The notes under the pieces were generated by a model that worked only from the letters and a program-made list of their open reading frames with translations, was not told the DNA's origin and did no database searches. A stretch of 64,000 nucleotides of DNA from a virus: IMG/VR virus record IMGVR_UViG_3300048606_000054; one strand, written 5' to 3'. A program made the position numbers and the translations under genes. Within the stretch, counting starts at the first letter, position 1; each line of letters opens with the position of its first letter. Of the stretch, positions 34,820-45,493 are shown piece after piece.

Positions 34820-37250
34820 ACGGTTCCTGCTGCTCCAAATTCTTTTTCGTTTCTTCCACTTGTATGTCAGCGTTAGCTTTTGCCTCTTGCTTTGGGGCTT
34901 CGGCCTGGTTCTGAAGATTTTTAACCTCAACTCTTGCTCCGGCTTGTATTTTAGCTGATTCAACTAATGCCTGTCCTTCGCGTTCTGCCACCCCAAACTT
35001 AGTTCCTCTGTCAAATTCAAGCTCTTCCATTTTCATTGCATGGGCATTCTTGGCAATTGCATCTTGTATTTGATGATCCTGCAATGCCTGCTTACGCTCT
35101 TTTTTCTTGGCTTTTAATTCCAGATGGGCCAGTATTTTGAACCCAAGTTTGGGGTTATTTGTCTGAGTTATTATCCCCCACTGTATAATAGTAATCGTTT
35201 TTTGTTGCAAGGATATATCTGCCGCATTCTTTAGGGCTTGCCTATCCAAATCTGTATTATAATCATCTACATAAATTCCCATCCTATGTGCGGAAAATTT
35301 TTCCAATGATTGCAGAGCCTCGAACGATTCATTACCTAATATGGTTTTGATCCACTTGTACGGTAGGGTGTCCTTATATTTTAATATATCCTGAGCATAA
35401 TTTAGGGTTGCAATAGCCAAATGCTCTTTGAGATATTGGATCATCCGGTACATATATCCGGTTGTAACAAATGAAGCATTGATGGTGGCTTGCTCTGAAT
35501 CAGTGCTCTCCCTGGGTGGGGGATTTTGACCAAGCCTCATTGGATTTATTCCAATCTTCTGAGCTATTTGCTGTTCAGCCCACATGGTAACAGCTTGCAT
35601 GGAAATAGCTATGGGATCAAGTCCGCCGCTTCCTTTCTTTTCAATAGGATAAATGTTTTGGACTGGCTTACCGTCAATTCTTGGATACGTCCTTATTCTT
35701 ACGTGCTTCTCTCTCATGTTTTTGATGAGATCATTCATAATAGTATCCATTTTTGGAGCCGCTGCTGCCGTTGCTGTTCCATTCTGTGAAAATTGCCGCT
35801 GAACGTTTCCTGCTAATTGCAGAAGCTCTTCATATACATATTCATCCGCATCTGGTTTCGCCTTATATATTACCCAAAGCATTCTATAGAATGTGAAGTT
35901 TGCTGTTTGAATATACGTTTTAGCTATTTCAACTGCGCTTTTCCCCTCTTCTTGATAATAGCAAAGTGTTCCATTTGAGTATTCATCATTAGCTCCTGTA
36001 ATTCTTTGGAAATAAACTTTTTGGAATTTATACAGATATTGAGAGGCTGCGGAAGTGGCCAAATAATAAGAGCAATACCATTGCTGTTGTAAATTGCTTT
36101 CCTTGGCATAACCTTCTTTTATTTTTTTCTTTTTAAGTTCGTAGGAATACGGAACGTATTCAAGATATGATTTATCATTTTTATTAACCAATTTGGTAGA
36201 AGTAGCCTCCCATGTTGGAAATTCAATGTATCCAACAAACACTTTGTACATGTAGGCCATTGACCAGTCCAGCATATTGCTTGTCTCTATTCCACCACAG
36301 CCTATCCTATCCATCCATTGGGGATCACCACAGCAGTCGTATGTAACACCGCCTCTGATAAATCCGGTAAACTTTTGATTATTGCAATAATTGATCCCCC
36401 ATAATAGTGACTTCCAGTTCTTGTCCCAGTCATCAGTAAATGCATTGCCGGTTAAAGCCAGATATTCACCCAATGTTACAGCGTCTTCCCAACCCCTGGC
36501 CACATCATCCTTTCCGTCATTACTTTGGCCGAATATTCCCCTGCATATCTGGGGATCAATATACTTATACTTTATTTCTCCGGTCATTTGATCTACATAT
36601 GCTTGGCAGCACACCGCTTTTGCCCAAAAAACATCCTTTACCAGCCTCCTTATTATACTTTTATCAAACTGATTTGTTTTAAGAACATTATTGATAAGAG
36701 ATTGACCTCCTATTTCAAACCATAACCGCTGGTAATTCTTCTGGTAAAAGTTAACATCATCGGGGTCATTTTCATCAAGACCCATTTCGTCAAATTCCTC
36801 TATGTTGCCCTTGAATTTGTCATACGGCATTTTGTAGGGAGGCATTCCCACCCTTGTTTGTAACTCTGTGCGGTCTGTCTCAATTATTTGCCTGTTCTTA
36901 AGCCGTTCAATATCTTCTTTTTTTTCATTAATTGCCGTTGGGTCTTCGGCCCTCAATTCTGCACGGGGAGGGTTCTTTACAGTATCTTCTACAATTGAAT
37001 TTACTAAAGGCTCTAAGATGGGAAGAGGATGGAATTTAATGCTTTTCTTAAAATCTTCATCATCAAAACTGTCTTTCACATTTTGCAATTCCTGCATGGA
37101 ATACATGATAGATTTATTGTCAAGCCCCTGGGTGACGTTTTTGAGAGGTCTCCAGTAAAGCCGAATACTCTGGATACATTTGTTCGCCCATTCATAAGTT
37201 TTCTTGTCTGGGTCAAGTTCGTTTATGAGGTCAATAGCTTGGGAAGTCAA
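34809..37250 (-). CDS. Portal protein (crAss-like, about 810 aa)
   Basis: Size, HPLPILEPLV segment, GINP.RLGQ...TDSEQA, long C-terminal coiled coil; upstream of scaffold and MCP. Confidence 0.8.
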   Translation of the reverse strand: MTSQAIDLINELDPDKKTYEWANKCIQSIRLYWRPLKNVTQGLDNKSIMYSMQELQNVKDSFDDEDFKKSIKFHPLPILEPLVNSIVEDTVKNPPRAELRAEDPTAINEKKEDIERLKNRQIIETDRTELQTRVGMPPYKMPYDKFKGNIEEFDEMGLDENDPDDVNFYQKNYQRLWFEIGGQSLINNVLKTNQFDKSIIRRLVKDVFWAKAVCCQAYVDQMTGEIKYKYIDPQICRGIFGQSNDGKDDVARGWEDAVTLGEYLALTGNAFTDDWDKNWKSLLWGINYCNNQKFTGFIRGGVTYDCCGDPQWMDRIGCGGIETSNMLDWSMAYMYKVFVGYIEFPTWEATSTKLVNKNDKSYLEYVPYSYELKKKKIKEGYAKESNLQQQWYCSYYLATSAASQYLYKFQKVYFQRITGANDEYSNGTLCYYQEEGKSAVEIAKTYIQTANFTFYRMLWVIYKAKPDADEYVYEELLQLAGNVQRQFSQNGTATAAAAPKMDTIMNDLIKNMREKHVRIRTYPRIDGKPVQNIYPIEKKGSGGLDPIAISMQAVTMWAEQQIAQKIGINPMRLGQNPPPRESTDSEQATINASFVTTGYMYRMIQYLKEHLAIATLNYAQDILKYKDTLPYKWIKTILGNESFEALQSLEKFSAHRMGIYVDDYNTDLDRQALKNAADISLQQKTITIIQWGIITQTNNPKLGFKILAHLELKAKKKERKQALQDHQIQDAIAKNAHAMKMEELEFDRGTKFGVAEREGQALVESAKIQAGARVEVKNLQNQAEAPKQEAKANADIQVEETKKNLEQQEPFKV

Positions 37251-37254
37251 TTGA

Positions 37255-38142
37255 TTGCAATTTTATCAAAAGTACTTATTTTTGTCAGAATCAATAATAT
37301 TCCTTATGTCGCTTCCAAAGCCTTTCAACCCTTATTTCCTGGTTCGTACTGAAAGAGTAAAAGAAAAAGAGTCAAAAACAAAAATTGGCAGCCTGTATGT
37401 ATCCGAAGTGGAAGCATTAATGCAGTACAATCTTGCCTCTGCTGAAATTGTAGATATAAGTGAAAAAGCAGCGAAGTATTTTCCTGAAGCTAAAATTGGA
37501 CACCAATTGTTGATGCATCATTTTGTAATAGATGTTAACGAAGCGGCTGCAAGGGAAGATCACCTTGTCCATCAGGACGACACATATAATTATTATGTTG
37601 TTACTGCTTACGAACATCATGGTAAGGGGGCAGAATGTTACGGTGTTTGGGATGGAGAAAGAATAATACCTAACAAGGATTTTGTTTTCCTTGAAGATGA
37701 TAAGGCCGCCATTAATGATTTACCGCCTGAAGAAGCTATAAATGCTGCTCTTGAAAAGACTGATGCGGGGTTATTCCTTTTTAAGGAATGGAAGCAAACC
37801 AGGGAAGATAAGGAACAAAAACAAGCCAATCTTAAAAAAGAGGTGGAAAGCCTTTCCAAGAGTGGGGTTCATAAAAAGCATATCCAAGAAGCTATTCGTG
37901 AAAAAGAAGTTGAAATGGGGGCTATTGGAAGCGACATCAATAAGCAGAAATATCAGTCTTACCAAGTGGCTTTTGCCAATAAAGAGTTATCAGAATGGTT
38001 TAATCGGGATATAACTGGCGGAGAAACCTTGGCTATTCTAAACATAGCAGCACAATCCAAACTAAAATTTAAGGGAAAAGAATATATTGTTTGCAAATCA
38101 AAATATATAGCCTGCTTATTGGAAACGAAGCTAGCTGCCTGA
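37255..38142 (+). CDS. GroES-like co-chaperonin with two GroES domains (opposite strand; likely start 37306)
   Basis: KPFNPYFLVR..KEKESKTKIGSLYV..AEIVDI..AKIGHQLL; second IPNKDFVFLE..KTDAGLFL..KFKGKEYIVCKSKYIACLL. Confidence 0.65.
   Translation: MQFYQKYLFLSESIIFLMSLPKPFNPYFLVRTERVKEKESKTKIGSLYVSEVEALMQYNLASAEIVDISEKAAKYFPEAKIGHQLLMHHFVIDVNEAAAREDHLVHQDDTYNYYVVTAYEHHGKGAECYGVWDGERIIPNKDFVFLEDDKAAINDLPPEEAINAALEKTDAGLFLFKEWKQTREDKEQKQANLKKEVESLSKSGVHKKHIQEAIREKEVEMGAIGSDINKQKYQSYQVAFANKELSEWFNRDITGGETLAILNIAAQSKLKFKGKEYIVCKSKYIACLLETKLAA
37267..37284. promoter_or_regulatory. Back-to-back -7 promoter elements (portal leftward, co-chaperonin rightward)
   Basis: TACTTTTG on minus (37267-74) and TATTTTTG on plus (37277-84), 2 nt apart. 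Confidence 0.55.
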
Positions 38143-41100
38143 TTGTTCCTGAGCCATAACTCCCACTATACTTCCTTGGTACTCAATGTATACTTCATTT
38201 TTGGCGGGATCGCCAACTAATCTGATGTCTACGGTGCTTGCCACTAAGTTATTCCCGTCAGTTATTTTATTGATCCCTGTTTGCTCTGGTATATTGGGAT
38301 CGGCAGGCGTGTTTAAATCACATAGGAAACCAGCAGAACTGAAGAAGTTGCCTTGTTTAAAATGATCCAATAGGATTCGGCTCACCTGGCCACTATCTGT
38401 TAATATCTGATCAGCAAAAAACCTGGATTGAACGCAGTAATTCTGAAGGCCCAAAGGAGTTTTTTTCTTGAACTGATCGACCACACACACAAATCTTATT
38501 ATCTTTTCAGCAACCCTTCCATATACTCTACCATACTTCTTGTCCGGATTGGTAGAATAGTGATAATACAACTGACCTTCTGCAAAAGAAAATAACTGTC
38601 TTTCCAGCAAATCGGAATCAAGCATCAAATACCCTTGTGGGGTAAAAATCCATGCTGCCCTGAATGCTTTCGTATAAATATCAAAAGATAAAGACTCCTG
38701 CTTTTGTATATTGGTTTCCCTTTCATTATTTGTATATTCTGTTGATCCGATTGTAAAATCAGAAAGAATGTATGAATTAGCGGCAGGATCAATGCCTCCT
38801 ACCCAATATTTTTTGTTGGCATTATTTCGATTCCATTCGTTGATATATTTTACTTTTGGTCTTAGCCAAGAGCCGATCAAATTTTCTGAAACAGGCTCCC
38901 CATCAGAATAATTATGCTGAACCAAAACAGATTTGGAAGTATCAAGGAACTGAACCAAGCCTTCCCTTTTTCGTATAGTATTCTTATCAAATAGCCGACA
39001 ACCATAATTATTACCAATCTTCCTCTCTGGCCTCCCAAACCTGTCATCCGCACTTGACTGCTGTATATTACCTCCGACTATCCTTAATAAATTGTCATTG
39101 TATCCAACAATCACACAATTATCCTGGCATACCATCAATACAACTCCTTGCTCTGGAAGTAACGAAACTATACCATCTACATCCATTACGAAGTTGGTCT
39201 TTTTGGCATCATCAAAGTAATTTAGGAAATTCAATTGGCCATTATCTGAAAGTGTGCCAGTTAAGGCTACCTGGTTTTGCCTTGTGATCTTAGCCTCATA
39301 TGGATTTCTTACATTTTGTCGTCCAAAATTTCCGCACTTCTCACCCCAAAAATCACTTGGGCTATTATGCTCAAAGGGAAAACCAAGAGTCCTTATTACA
39401 TTTTCTGTTTCATCTGGAGCCGTTTCTACGGGGATAGGTATTTGCCTATAAGTATAATAAGTATCAAAAGCGTTAAGGATTATTTCATTTGCCTGAGCTT
39501 TGCCATTTACCACATCAACAGAATCGCAAACTTCATAAAACACATCTCTTTCAACGCAATCGTTTGGTCTACCAAGTCTTATAAGCGCATACTGTTTGAG
39601 GTCTTTAAGAGCCGGATCGTAATCAATAAGAAAATATTGCCCAGTCTGATCATATTTAATCAATGCCCTGGTTAATTTTGGAAAGAACTGCCCATCCCCA
39701 TTTACATAGAACTCTACATAATCTGATGTGTAATTAACCTGTGGGGCAGCCTGTACTATGAATTGCCAGTGTGTAGTCGTATTAAAATTGTTCTGAACAT
39801 TATACTCGTTCAAAGAAGAATAATAAATCTTTATCTGTGTGGGAGCTACATTATTTTCATTTCCGCTATTATCAATAAACTGAACTCTGTCCACGATCCA
39901 TTCTATATAATCCGAAAGAGATAGTTCCTTTGTTATGGAAAATGTAATCTTGGTGATGTCTAAAGGAAATGTTGCGGTTGGAGGTATTATTACTTTTACC
40001 CTAGATGGCGCAAAGGTCTGCGTATCTATCAGTGTTGGGGTGGTGAAATACATTTCATCCTTTGTCTGTATGAATGTGCCTCTCGTCATTATATCCCACC
40101 CTGTCATTCCTACGCCATACTGACCACCACTAAGCAATCCTCTTTTTGATTCAAAAAATACTGATCTGTCTGTCGCTTCAATCGCCCTCTCCGCGCAGCC
40201 TCCAGTACATGGATTAATAACCACATCATATTTTTCAACGCAAATGCTATCGCATGACCTTAATGCGCATTTTACTGGCAGGTAGTATATAGAATCCCTT
40301 CTTATTCTTGAGGAGATATAAGCATCATCATGAGCAATGATGGTAAACTCTCCGTTAGAATTTGTTATGGCTATTTGCCCTCTTGACAGAACAACTCCCA
40401 CTCCAGGAACTCCAATGTCTGTGTTACACTGGGTAACTTTCCCTGTAATAATAATACGATTACATTCATCATTTGGATAACTTTTGCAAGTACCTGTTGA
40501 TTCCAGATCAAATGTTCTCTCATGAAGTTTGTTCTGGTTGCTGTCTATCCTGAATCTATGCAATGATTTATATACACAGGCACAAAATCCAAATACCTCG
40601 CAGTCAAACCCGTCGTCCCTTCTAACCGAACCGAAATAAAATCCATTATGATCTGTAATATTACCATTACGGTTGTCGTCTCCGTAAATATTTGTATTTA
40701 AAAGTTCAATAGGCTCACTGTATTCATCATCTACTTTTCCTGCATATATATACCCAGCTACTATTTTTGACCTGCTTGGTTCATTGATTAATCCTCCCCC
40801 TGTTCTTGGCTCAGTCATATCCCATATAACCAGAACCTTGTTATCGTTTAAACTACTGTAATTTCCTGCACATAGGTCAACTATTAATTCCTTGGCTACA
40901 TTAGTCCTATTGAAAAAATTAACCTGTTTGTTTGCCCAGGAATATTGTCCAGCTACATAGGTGGACGTTTTATAGAAGTTTGGGTCGGCTAATTTGGCCC
41001 TGTGGTCAGCTATTCTAAAAATGTAAGTGGCGGCAGATATATTGCTAAACGTGAATTTTAAGAAATATTTCCTGTCAAAATTTGGAGTGCTAATAACTCC

Positions 41101-42624
41101 TCCTGTATTGGTTGGACGATGGATGATACCAAAATCCTCCACCTTTACCATTGCATTTTCGGAGTTGACATAATACAGTTCGCTAACGGTACTAATTGGG
41201 GGAGTTCCAGCGCCAGCCAGATAGCCTATAAATCCGCTCCTTCCCAAATCGCCAAAAAACATTTGATACCCCGTAACGATGTTATTCACATAATCATCGG
41301 TATGATCTTTTCTTCCTCCCCACACCCATTGGCCGTTTTCAAGCTGATAAACTGGCTGCTGTGTGCCTATGTAAACATTCCATGCCGGAACAAATATTTC
41401 TGCCATCCTGATGCCTGTATCTCCCTGATCTTGAGGAGGTAAAATTTCAATGGATATTTGATCCATTAACTCTTGGCTGAATGAGTTGAACCCGTCTTTA
41501 TTATTTGCAGTTCCTATTGTATTTCCGATGAGGGCTACAGACTGAGGTTCTTTTGGAATTGGGTTTTGCAATCTGTTTGTTTCCGTCTGAGGAATTGGAT
41601 TACATTCCTTGTCTTTACAAAACCTGTATGTTACGGTTTTTGTTTCCGAATTATAATTAACCTTTGGGTTCCTTGGTCTTAACCACCAGTCTCCAAGATT
41701 ACTTCCACTGTAAAGAGATAACACAGTATCTAAATACCATTGAAGGTCATTGCAGTTCCTAAATTCAATTTGAACCTTATCTATTAATGGATTATCTATT
41801 TTGAAATTAAGATCGAGACAGCGGGATATGAAGTCACTTGCTCCCAAGCAATCATTAACTCCAGGTATAAAAGAATCAGTAATAATCCCATGTTCTGACG
41901 GCCTTCCGTACACATCAATAAATGTTACCCTGAACTGCCAAGTATGAAATTTTAACTCATTAGGAAGAGTAGGTGTATCATTTACAACTTCTGAAACTGT
42001 CATACAGTCCAGTGGAGTGGGTACACCTGCATTTATCAGAATAGTAGGATCATAATTTCCTTGGAAATACGGGAACAATACAGGATCAAATCCACCTGTT
42101 GCGATAGAATCTTCAATGCACAGAAATCTGAAATCATTGTACCCGTCTACCCACATAAAATATGATCTCTTTCTGGATAATCCGGTATTGGGATCAGCGA
42201 AGTTGAATATCTGAAGAGTGGCTCCTCCTTCATGGATAAAATGTTCAGGAGTAAGCTGAAGATTTAAGTACGATCTTTTGTATACAGTTTGTATTTTTCT
42301 GGTTTCTCCGTTTACTTTGTAAAGACCATGAAAATCATCTCCATTATAATTAAAGAATAATGCTTCGTTAGTTTTTCCCGAATAAAAACCACCTACAAAA
42401 TGATTGTAGCCAGAGGGGGGAAGAGAAAAAGTCTCATCATACACCTGAACAGATTCAATTGGCTTGAATAAACCGGATTGCGATCCTTTAGAAGTGCCAG
42501 TTTGGGAGGTGTCAATAATCGAATAAACAACATTTTTAAGATACCTGGCCATATCTGGCGGCATTAGCGAATCGCTAACATCCAGCGAGAAACCCTTCAA
42601 AGCTAAGTAGCGTTCTGACGGCAT
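38131..42624 (-). CDS. Tail muzzle/stabilization protein (P22 gp10/crAss muzzle-like)
   Basis: 1497 aa; MARYLKNV N-term, beta-propeller-like composition, GTANNKDG, LNFLNYF, NNYGC, IDP..NSY. Confidence 0.7.
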   Translation of the reverse strand: MPSERYLALKGFSLDVSDSLMPPDMARYLKNVVYSIIDTSQTGTSKGSQSGLFKPIESVQVYDETFSLPPSGYNHFVGGFYSGKTNEALFFNYNGDDFHGLYKVNGETRKIQTVYKRSYLNLQLTPEHFIHEGGATLQIFNFADPNTGLSRKRSYFMWVDGYNDFRFLCIEDSIATGGFDPVLFPYFQGNYDPTILINAGVPTPLDCMTVSEVVNDTPTLPNELKFHTWQFRVTFIDVYGRPSEHGIITDSFIPGVNDCLGASDFISRCLDLNFKIDNPLIDKVQIEFRNCNDLQWYLDTVLSLYSGSNLGDWWLRPRNPKVNYNSETKTVTYRFCKDKECNPIPQTETNRLQNPIPKEPQSVALIGNTIGTANNKDGFNSFSQELMDQISIEILPPQDQGDTGIRMAEIFVPAWNVYIGTQQPVYQLENGQWVWGGRKDHTDDYVNNIVTGYQMFFGDLGRSGFIGYLAGAGTPPISTVSELYYVNSENAMVKVEDFGIIHRPTNTGGVISTPNFDRKYFLKFTFSNISAATYIFRIADHRAKLADPNFYKTSTYVAGQYSWANKQVNFFNRTNVAKELIVDLCAGNYSSLNDNKVLVIWDMTEPRTGGGLINEPSRSKIVAGYIYAGKVDDEYSEPIELLNTNIYGDDNRNGNITDHNGFYFGSVRRDDGFDCEVFGFCACVYKSLHRFRIDSNQNKLHERTFDLESTGTCKSYPNDECNRIIITGKVTQCNTDIGVPGVGVVLSRGQIAITNSNGEFTIIAHDDAYISSRIRRDSIYYLPVKCALRSCDSICVEKYDVVINPCTGGCAERAIEATDRSVFFESKRGLLSGGQYGVGMTGWDIMTRGTFIQTKDEMYFTTPTLIDTQTFAPSRVKVIIPPTATFPLDITKITFSITKELSLSDYIEWIVDRVQFIDNSGNENNVAPTQIKIYYSSLNEYNVQNNFNTTTHWQFIVQAAPQVNYTSDYVEFYVNGDGQFFPKLTRALIKYDQTGQYFLIDYDPALKDLKQYALIRLGRPNDCVERDVFYEVCDSVDVVNGKAQANEIILNAFDTYYTYRQIPIPVETAPDETENVIRTLGFPFEHNSPSDFWGEKCGNFGRQNVRNPYEAKITRQNQVALTGTLSDNGQLNFLNYFDDAKKTNFVMDVDGIVSLLPEQGVVLMVCQDNCVIVGYNDNLLRIVGGNIQQSSADDRFGRPERKIGNNYGCRLFDKNTIRKREGLVQFLDTSKSVLVQHNYSDGEPVSENLIGSWLRPKVKYINEWNRNNANKKYWVGGIDPAANSYILSDFTIGSTEYTNNERETNIQKQESLSFDIYTKAFRAAWIFTPQGYLMLDSDLLERQLFSFAEGQLYYHYSTNPDKKYGRVYGRVAEKIIRFVCVVDQFKKKTPLGLQNYCVQSRFFADQILTDSGQVSRILLDHFKQGNFFSSAGFLCDLNTPADPNIPEQTGINKITDGNNLVASTVDIRLVGDPAKNEVYIEYQGSIVGVMAQEQSGS

Positions 42625-42645
42625 TGGTAATTAACGGTTTGATAC

Positions 42646-42653
42646 CAAAAGTA
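42646..42653 (-). promoter_or_regulatory. -7 promoter element upstream of the muzzle gene
   Basis: TACTTTTG, identical to the element upstream of portal. Confidence 0.4.
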
Positions 42654-42668
42654 TTGATTATTCTCCAT

Positions 42669-44903
42669 TTATGCACGGCTTAAAGCATTCATTAATGAAC
42701 CGAAAGACAAAGAGGAATTATTATTGTTCTGGCCACTTAGTAAGATAGCCGAATATTGGTCTTGGGTAAACAAGCAGTACCCCCATGCCATGAAGAGGTC
42801 AAATACCTTTGTGTCTGTTATATCCACTCTCATCAATTGGTCAACCAGTCTCTCCGACTTTAAAGTATCTCCATAATTCTTTTCTCCGGGGTCTGACGCT
42901 TTGATAAACCCTATAATAAGCCTTACAAAATATTCCAGCAGTTCCCTTGTCTGGGGATTATTGGAAGTAGTTCGTATTAAATGATATTCCTTTTCTTCTT
43001 CATGTGGAAGTCCCATCCATCTTTCCCATATCTTATACGCCCCATGCTTATCCTTTATCATCATGAACCGCCCTAGTCCCTCTCCCATTAGCCTGGTAGC
43101 CATTTCAGGAACGTTTGCTTCCACTGTACATAATGAGCCTGTATAAATGATCAATTTAAGAAGGTCTTCATACGCTTCGTCGGGCAATTCTGGCCTGTCA
43201 AAATATTCAAAGGTTTGTACTCCGCTTGAGACTTTACCCAACAAAGAATCTAGCCTTTGATCTTTTGCGCTCATGCAGTAATACGCATTCTTACTTCCTT
43301 CTATCACTTCACTGGCTGCGGCATGTTGCGTAGGGTCGGCCCCAAGGAATGATCGGAAAACATCTGGGGGAATGATACACCCCCATTCGTCTCTTCCATT
43401 TTTAAGAATTGAGTTCTTTTGAACATCGGGAATGTCATTATAAATACGGAGTCTCCCTTTTTTATTTTCTCTTTTCTCCTTATCTGTTATCGGAACAAAT
43501 TTAACTGGACAGAACTCACCTTTTGGCCTTTTATTCTTCAGACCCAATTCCCAATGTGTGATACTCCATTCTAACTTCCCTTCTTGATATGGAGTTGTGG
43601 GAGAACTTCTCTGCTCTTCTTCTATATTGTACAATATCTCTGCAAGTCTTGCTCCATCGAATATGCTACCCGATCCTCCAGCAGACCATGCCTCTCTTTT
43701 GGTATTGGCATATCTTCTGGTTTCAGCAAGCAATTCCCTGGGCGTGTCTCTTAATTGATCCCTTCTGACTTGGATTCTTTTCATTGCCTCCACTTCGTTA
43801 CACTTCCCGTATTTATTAAAGGCTGATCCCCAAGATTGGTAGGCCGGAATGTGATGGCAAATCATTTTTGATAAAGTTCTGCCTCCAGACTCAGGCGTAA
43901 TAGTTCTTAATTCTGAATCATAGAATATCTTTTTGGCTGCCAAAAATGATGGCGCTTCACCTTCCGGCGTGTAAGAGGTGAGCCATTTTTTACCTACCGA
44001 TATATCTTGAATATTAGTACCAGCTTCATTTGATCGGAATATTTCTCCAAAATCTTTTGTGTATTTAGGCGGCTCATCATACCAGATGTCTGCAAAAACA
44101 TCAACGTCAAATGCATTTACCATAGTTGGCACACACATAACTGTTGTATTAAGCTCTTCTGCTGATGCATTTTTTGATCGACCTTTCTTTGAATTGTTAA
44201 CTCTTTCCCCAAATGTTATTATACCATCTGCTTCTGATTTAGTTTTTATACTTGGTTTTAGTGGAGAAGGAAGCCCGTTGTACGCATACATGAAATGATC
44301 TCTGAAAGTCTTTGCTCCTTTATTTTGATCCAAATTCATGTTTCCGTTATTGATATTCTTGGTCATTGTACCCTTGTTAAGGTAATAACACCAATGCAGG
44401 TTTGTTATGCCTGTTTTTTTTGCCTTGCTTATATCAAGCCCATCAATTACAGGAGAGTTATTGACATAATAAATAAGATAGAAATAATGAGCTTGAAATT
44501 CTCTATAGTCAAAATAATCGCTAATTTTATCTGGGCGCTTTGTTTTGCACCATGCCAATGTAAACCAATGATCACCAGTCAGCCAATCAATACCTTGTCC
44601 ATTCTTAATGAACACCCCATAAGTTCTCCGATGCCATTCTCTTTCATAGGCCCACATCATCCAATCAGAATCTTCTTTATTTAAAGAAGTAAGATTCCCG
44701 TCCTGATCGTATAAAGTAGCTGCTTGATATAATTTAGTTCCATCTCTGCCAGGCACGAAATCGAACCAAATAGGCTTATAGTCCAATAAAGCCTGTTCTC
44801 TATTCCAGCAAGGGTCTTTCTGATCAATGAACAGAATTTCTTCCTTTTTCTTTGGTTGTGGAATTGGAACCTGATGCTCTCCTATTAAAATTATCTTACT
44901 CAT
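42669..44903 (-). CDS. terL: Terminase large subunit
   Basis: crAss-like N-term (WLTGDHWF..W), Walker A-like SKAKKTGIT, Walker B IWYDEPPK, nuclease LGADP...VEAN...DLFMAWG. Confidence 0.85.
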   Translation of the reverse strand: MSKIILIGEHQVPIPQPKKKEEILFIDQKDPCWNREQALLDYKPIWFDFVPGRDGTKLYQAATLYDQDGNLTSLNKEDSDWMMWAYEREWHRRTYGVFIKNGQGIDWLTGDHWFTLAWCKTKRPDKISDYFDYREFQAHYFYLIYYVNNSPVIDGLDISKAKKTGITNLHWCYYLNKGTMTKNINNGNMNLDQNKGAKTFRDHFMYAYNGLPSPLKPSIKTKSEADGIITFGERVNNSKKGRSKNASAEELNTTVMCVPTMVNAFDVDVFADIWYDEPPKYTKDFGEIFRSNEAGTNIQDISVGKKWLTSYTPEGEAPSFLAAKKIFYDSELRTITPESGGRTLSKMICHHIPAYQSWGSAFNKYGKCNEVEAMKRIQVRRDQLRDTPRELLAETRRYANTKREAWSAGGSGSIFDGARLAEILYNIEEEQRSSPTTPYQEGKLEWSITHWELGLKNKRPKGEFCPVKFVPITDKEKRENKKGRLRIYNDIPDVQKNSILKNGRDEWGCIIPPDVFRSFLGADPTQHAAASEVIEGSKNAYYCMSAKDQRLDSLLGKVSSGVQTFEYFDRPELPDEAYEDLLKLIIYTGSLCTVEANVPEMATRLMGEGLGRFMMIKDKHGAYKIWERWMGLPHEEEKEYHLIRTTSNNPQTRELLEYFVRLIIGFIKASDPGEKNYGDTLKSERLVDQLMRVDITDTKVFDLFMAWGYCLFTQDQYSAILLSGQNNNNSSLSFGSLMNALSRA

Positions 44904-45493
44904 TTGCTAAATGTAGCTGGACTTATCGTAAAACTGCTTTTTGCAACTCTTGCCTCTTTGACTGCATCTTTCAGTTTTTGGTTATTTTGAATTAATTCTG
45001 ATTCTAAATCCTTGATCATTGTTTTTAATTCGTTCGCATATGTAGCATTGAGATACTTTTGAGAATAATCTATCTCACCACTAGATTTTTTTATCTCAGA
45101 AAGACATGAAATCTGCATTTCAACTCTGAGGTCTTTTAATATTTGTAATTGGGCAAAGGATTCATTTTGCTGAAAATCAACCCATCTATGGATGCTCTCT
45201 ACTACCGCCTCATTCTTTAAAAGAACTAAATCTTCATAAGATTTTGATTCCGGCTTTATCAATACAAATTCAAATATTTCTTGTTTGTTTTTCTTCCAGT
45301 CCCTTCCTAAAATTATTTTATCACTATCTACGCTATAGGCGTATGCTATATATCTGATAACACCTCGTAAGGTGTCCCTATTTGAATACTCTTTAATGAC
45401 AGGAGAGAAAACATGAATCAATAGTATCCTGTCTAAGTATTCTTCCCAGTTATTTTCCTCGTATGAAACCACACTATGAAACGGGGAGATCAT
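44900..45493 (-). CDS. Putative terminase small subunit
   Basis: Helical 197-aa gene coupled (ATGA) directly upstream of TerL; position only. Confidence 0.4.
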   Translation of the reverse strand: MISPFHSVVSYEENNWEEYLDRILLIHVFSPVIKEYSNRDTLRGVIRYIAYAYSVDSDKIILGRDWKKNKQEIFEFVLIKPESKSYEDLVLLKNEAVVESIHRWVDFQQNESFAQLQILKDLRVEMQISCLSEIKKSSGEIDYSQKYLNATYANELKTMIKDLESELIQNNQKLKDAVKEARVAKSSFTISPATFSK

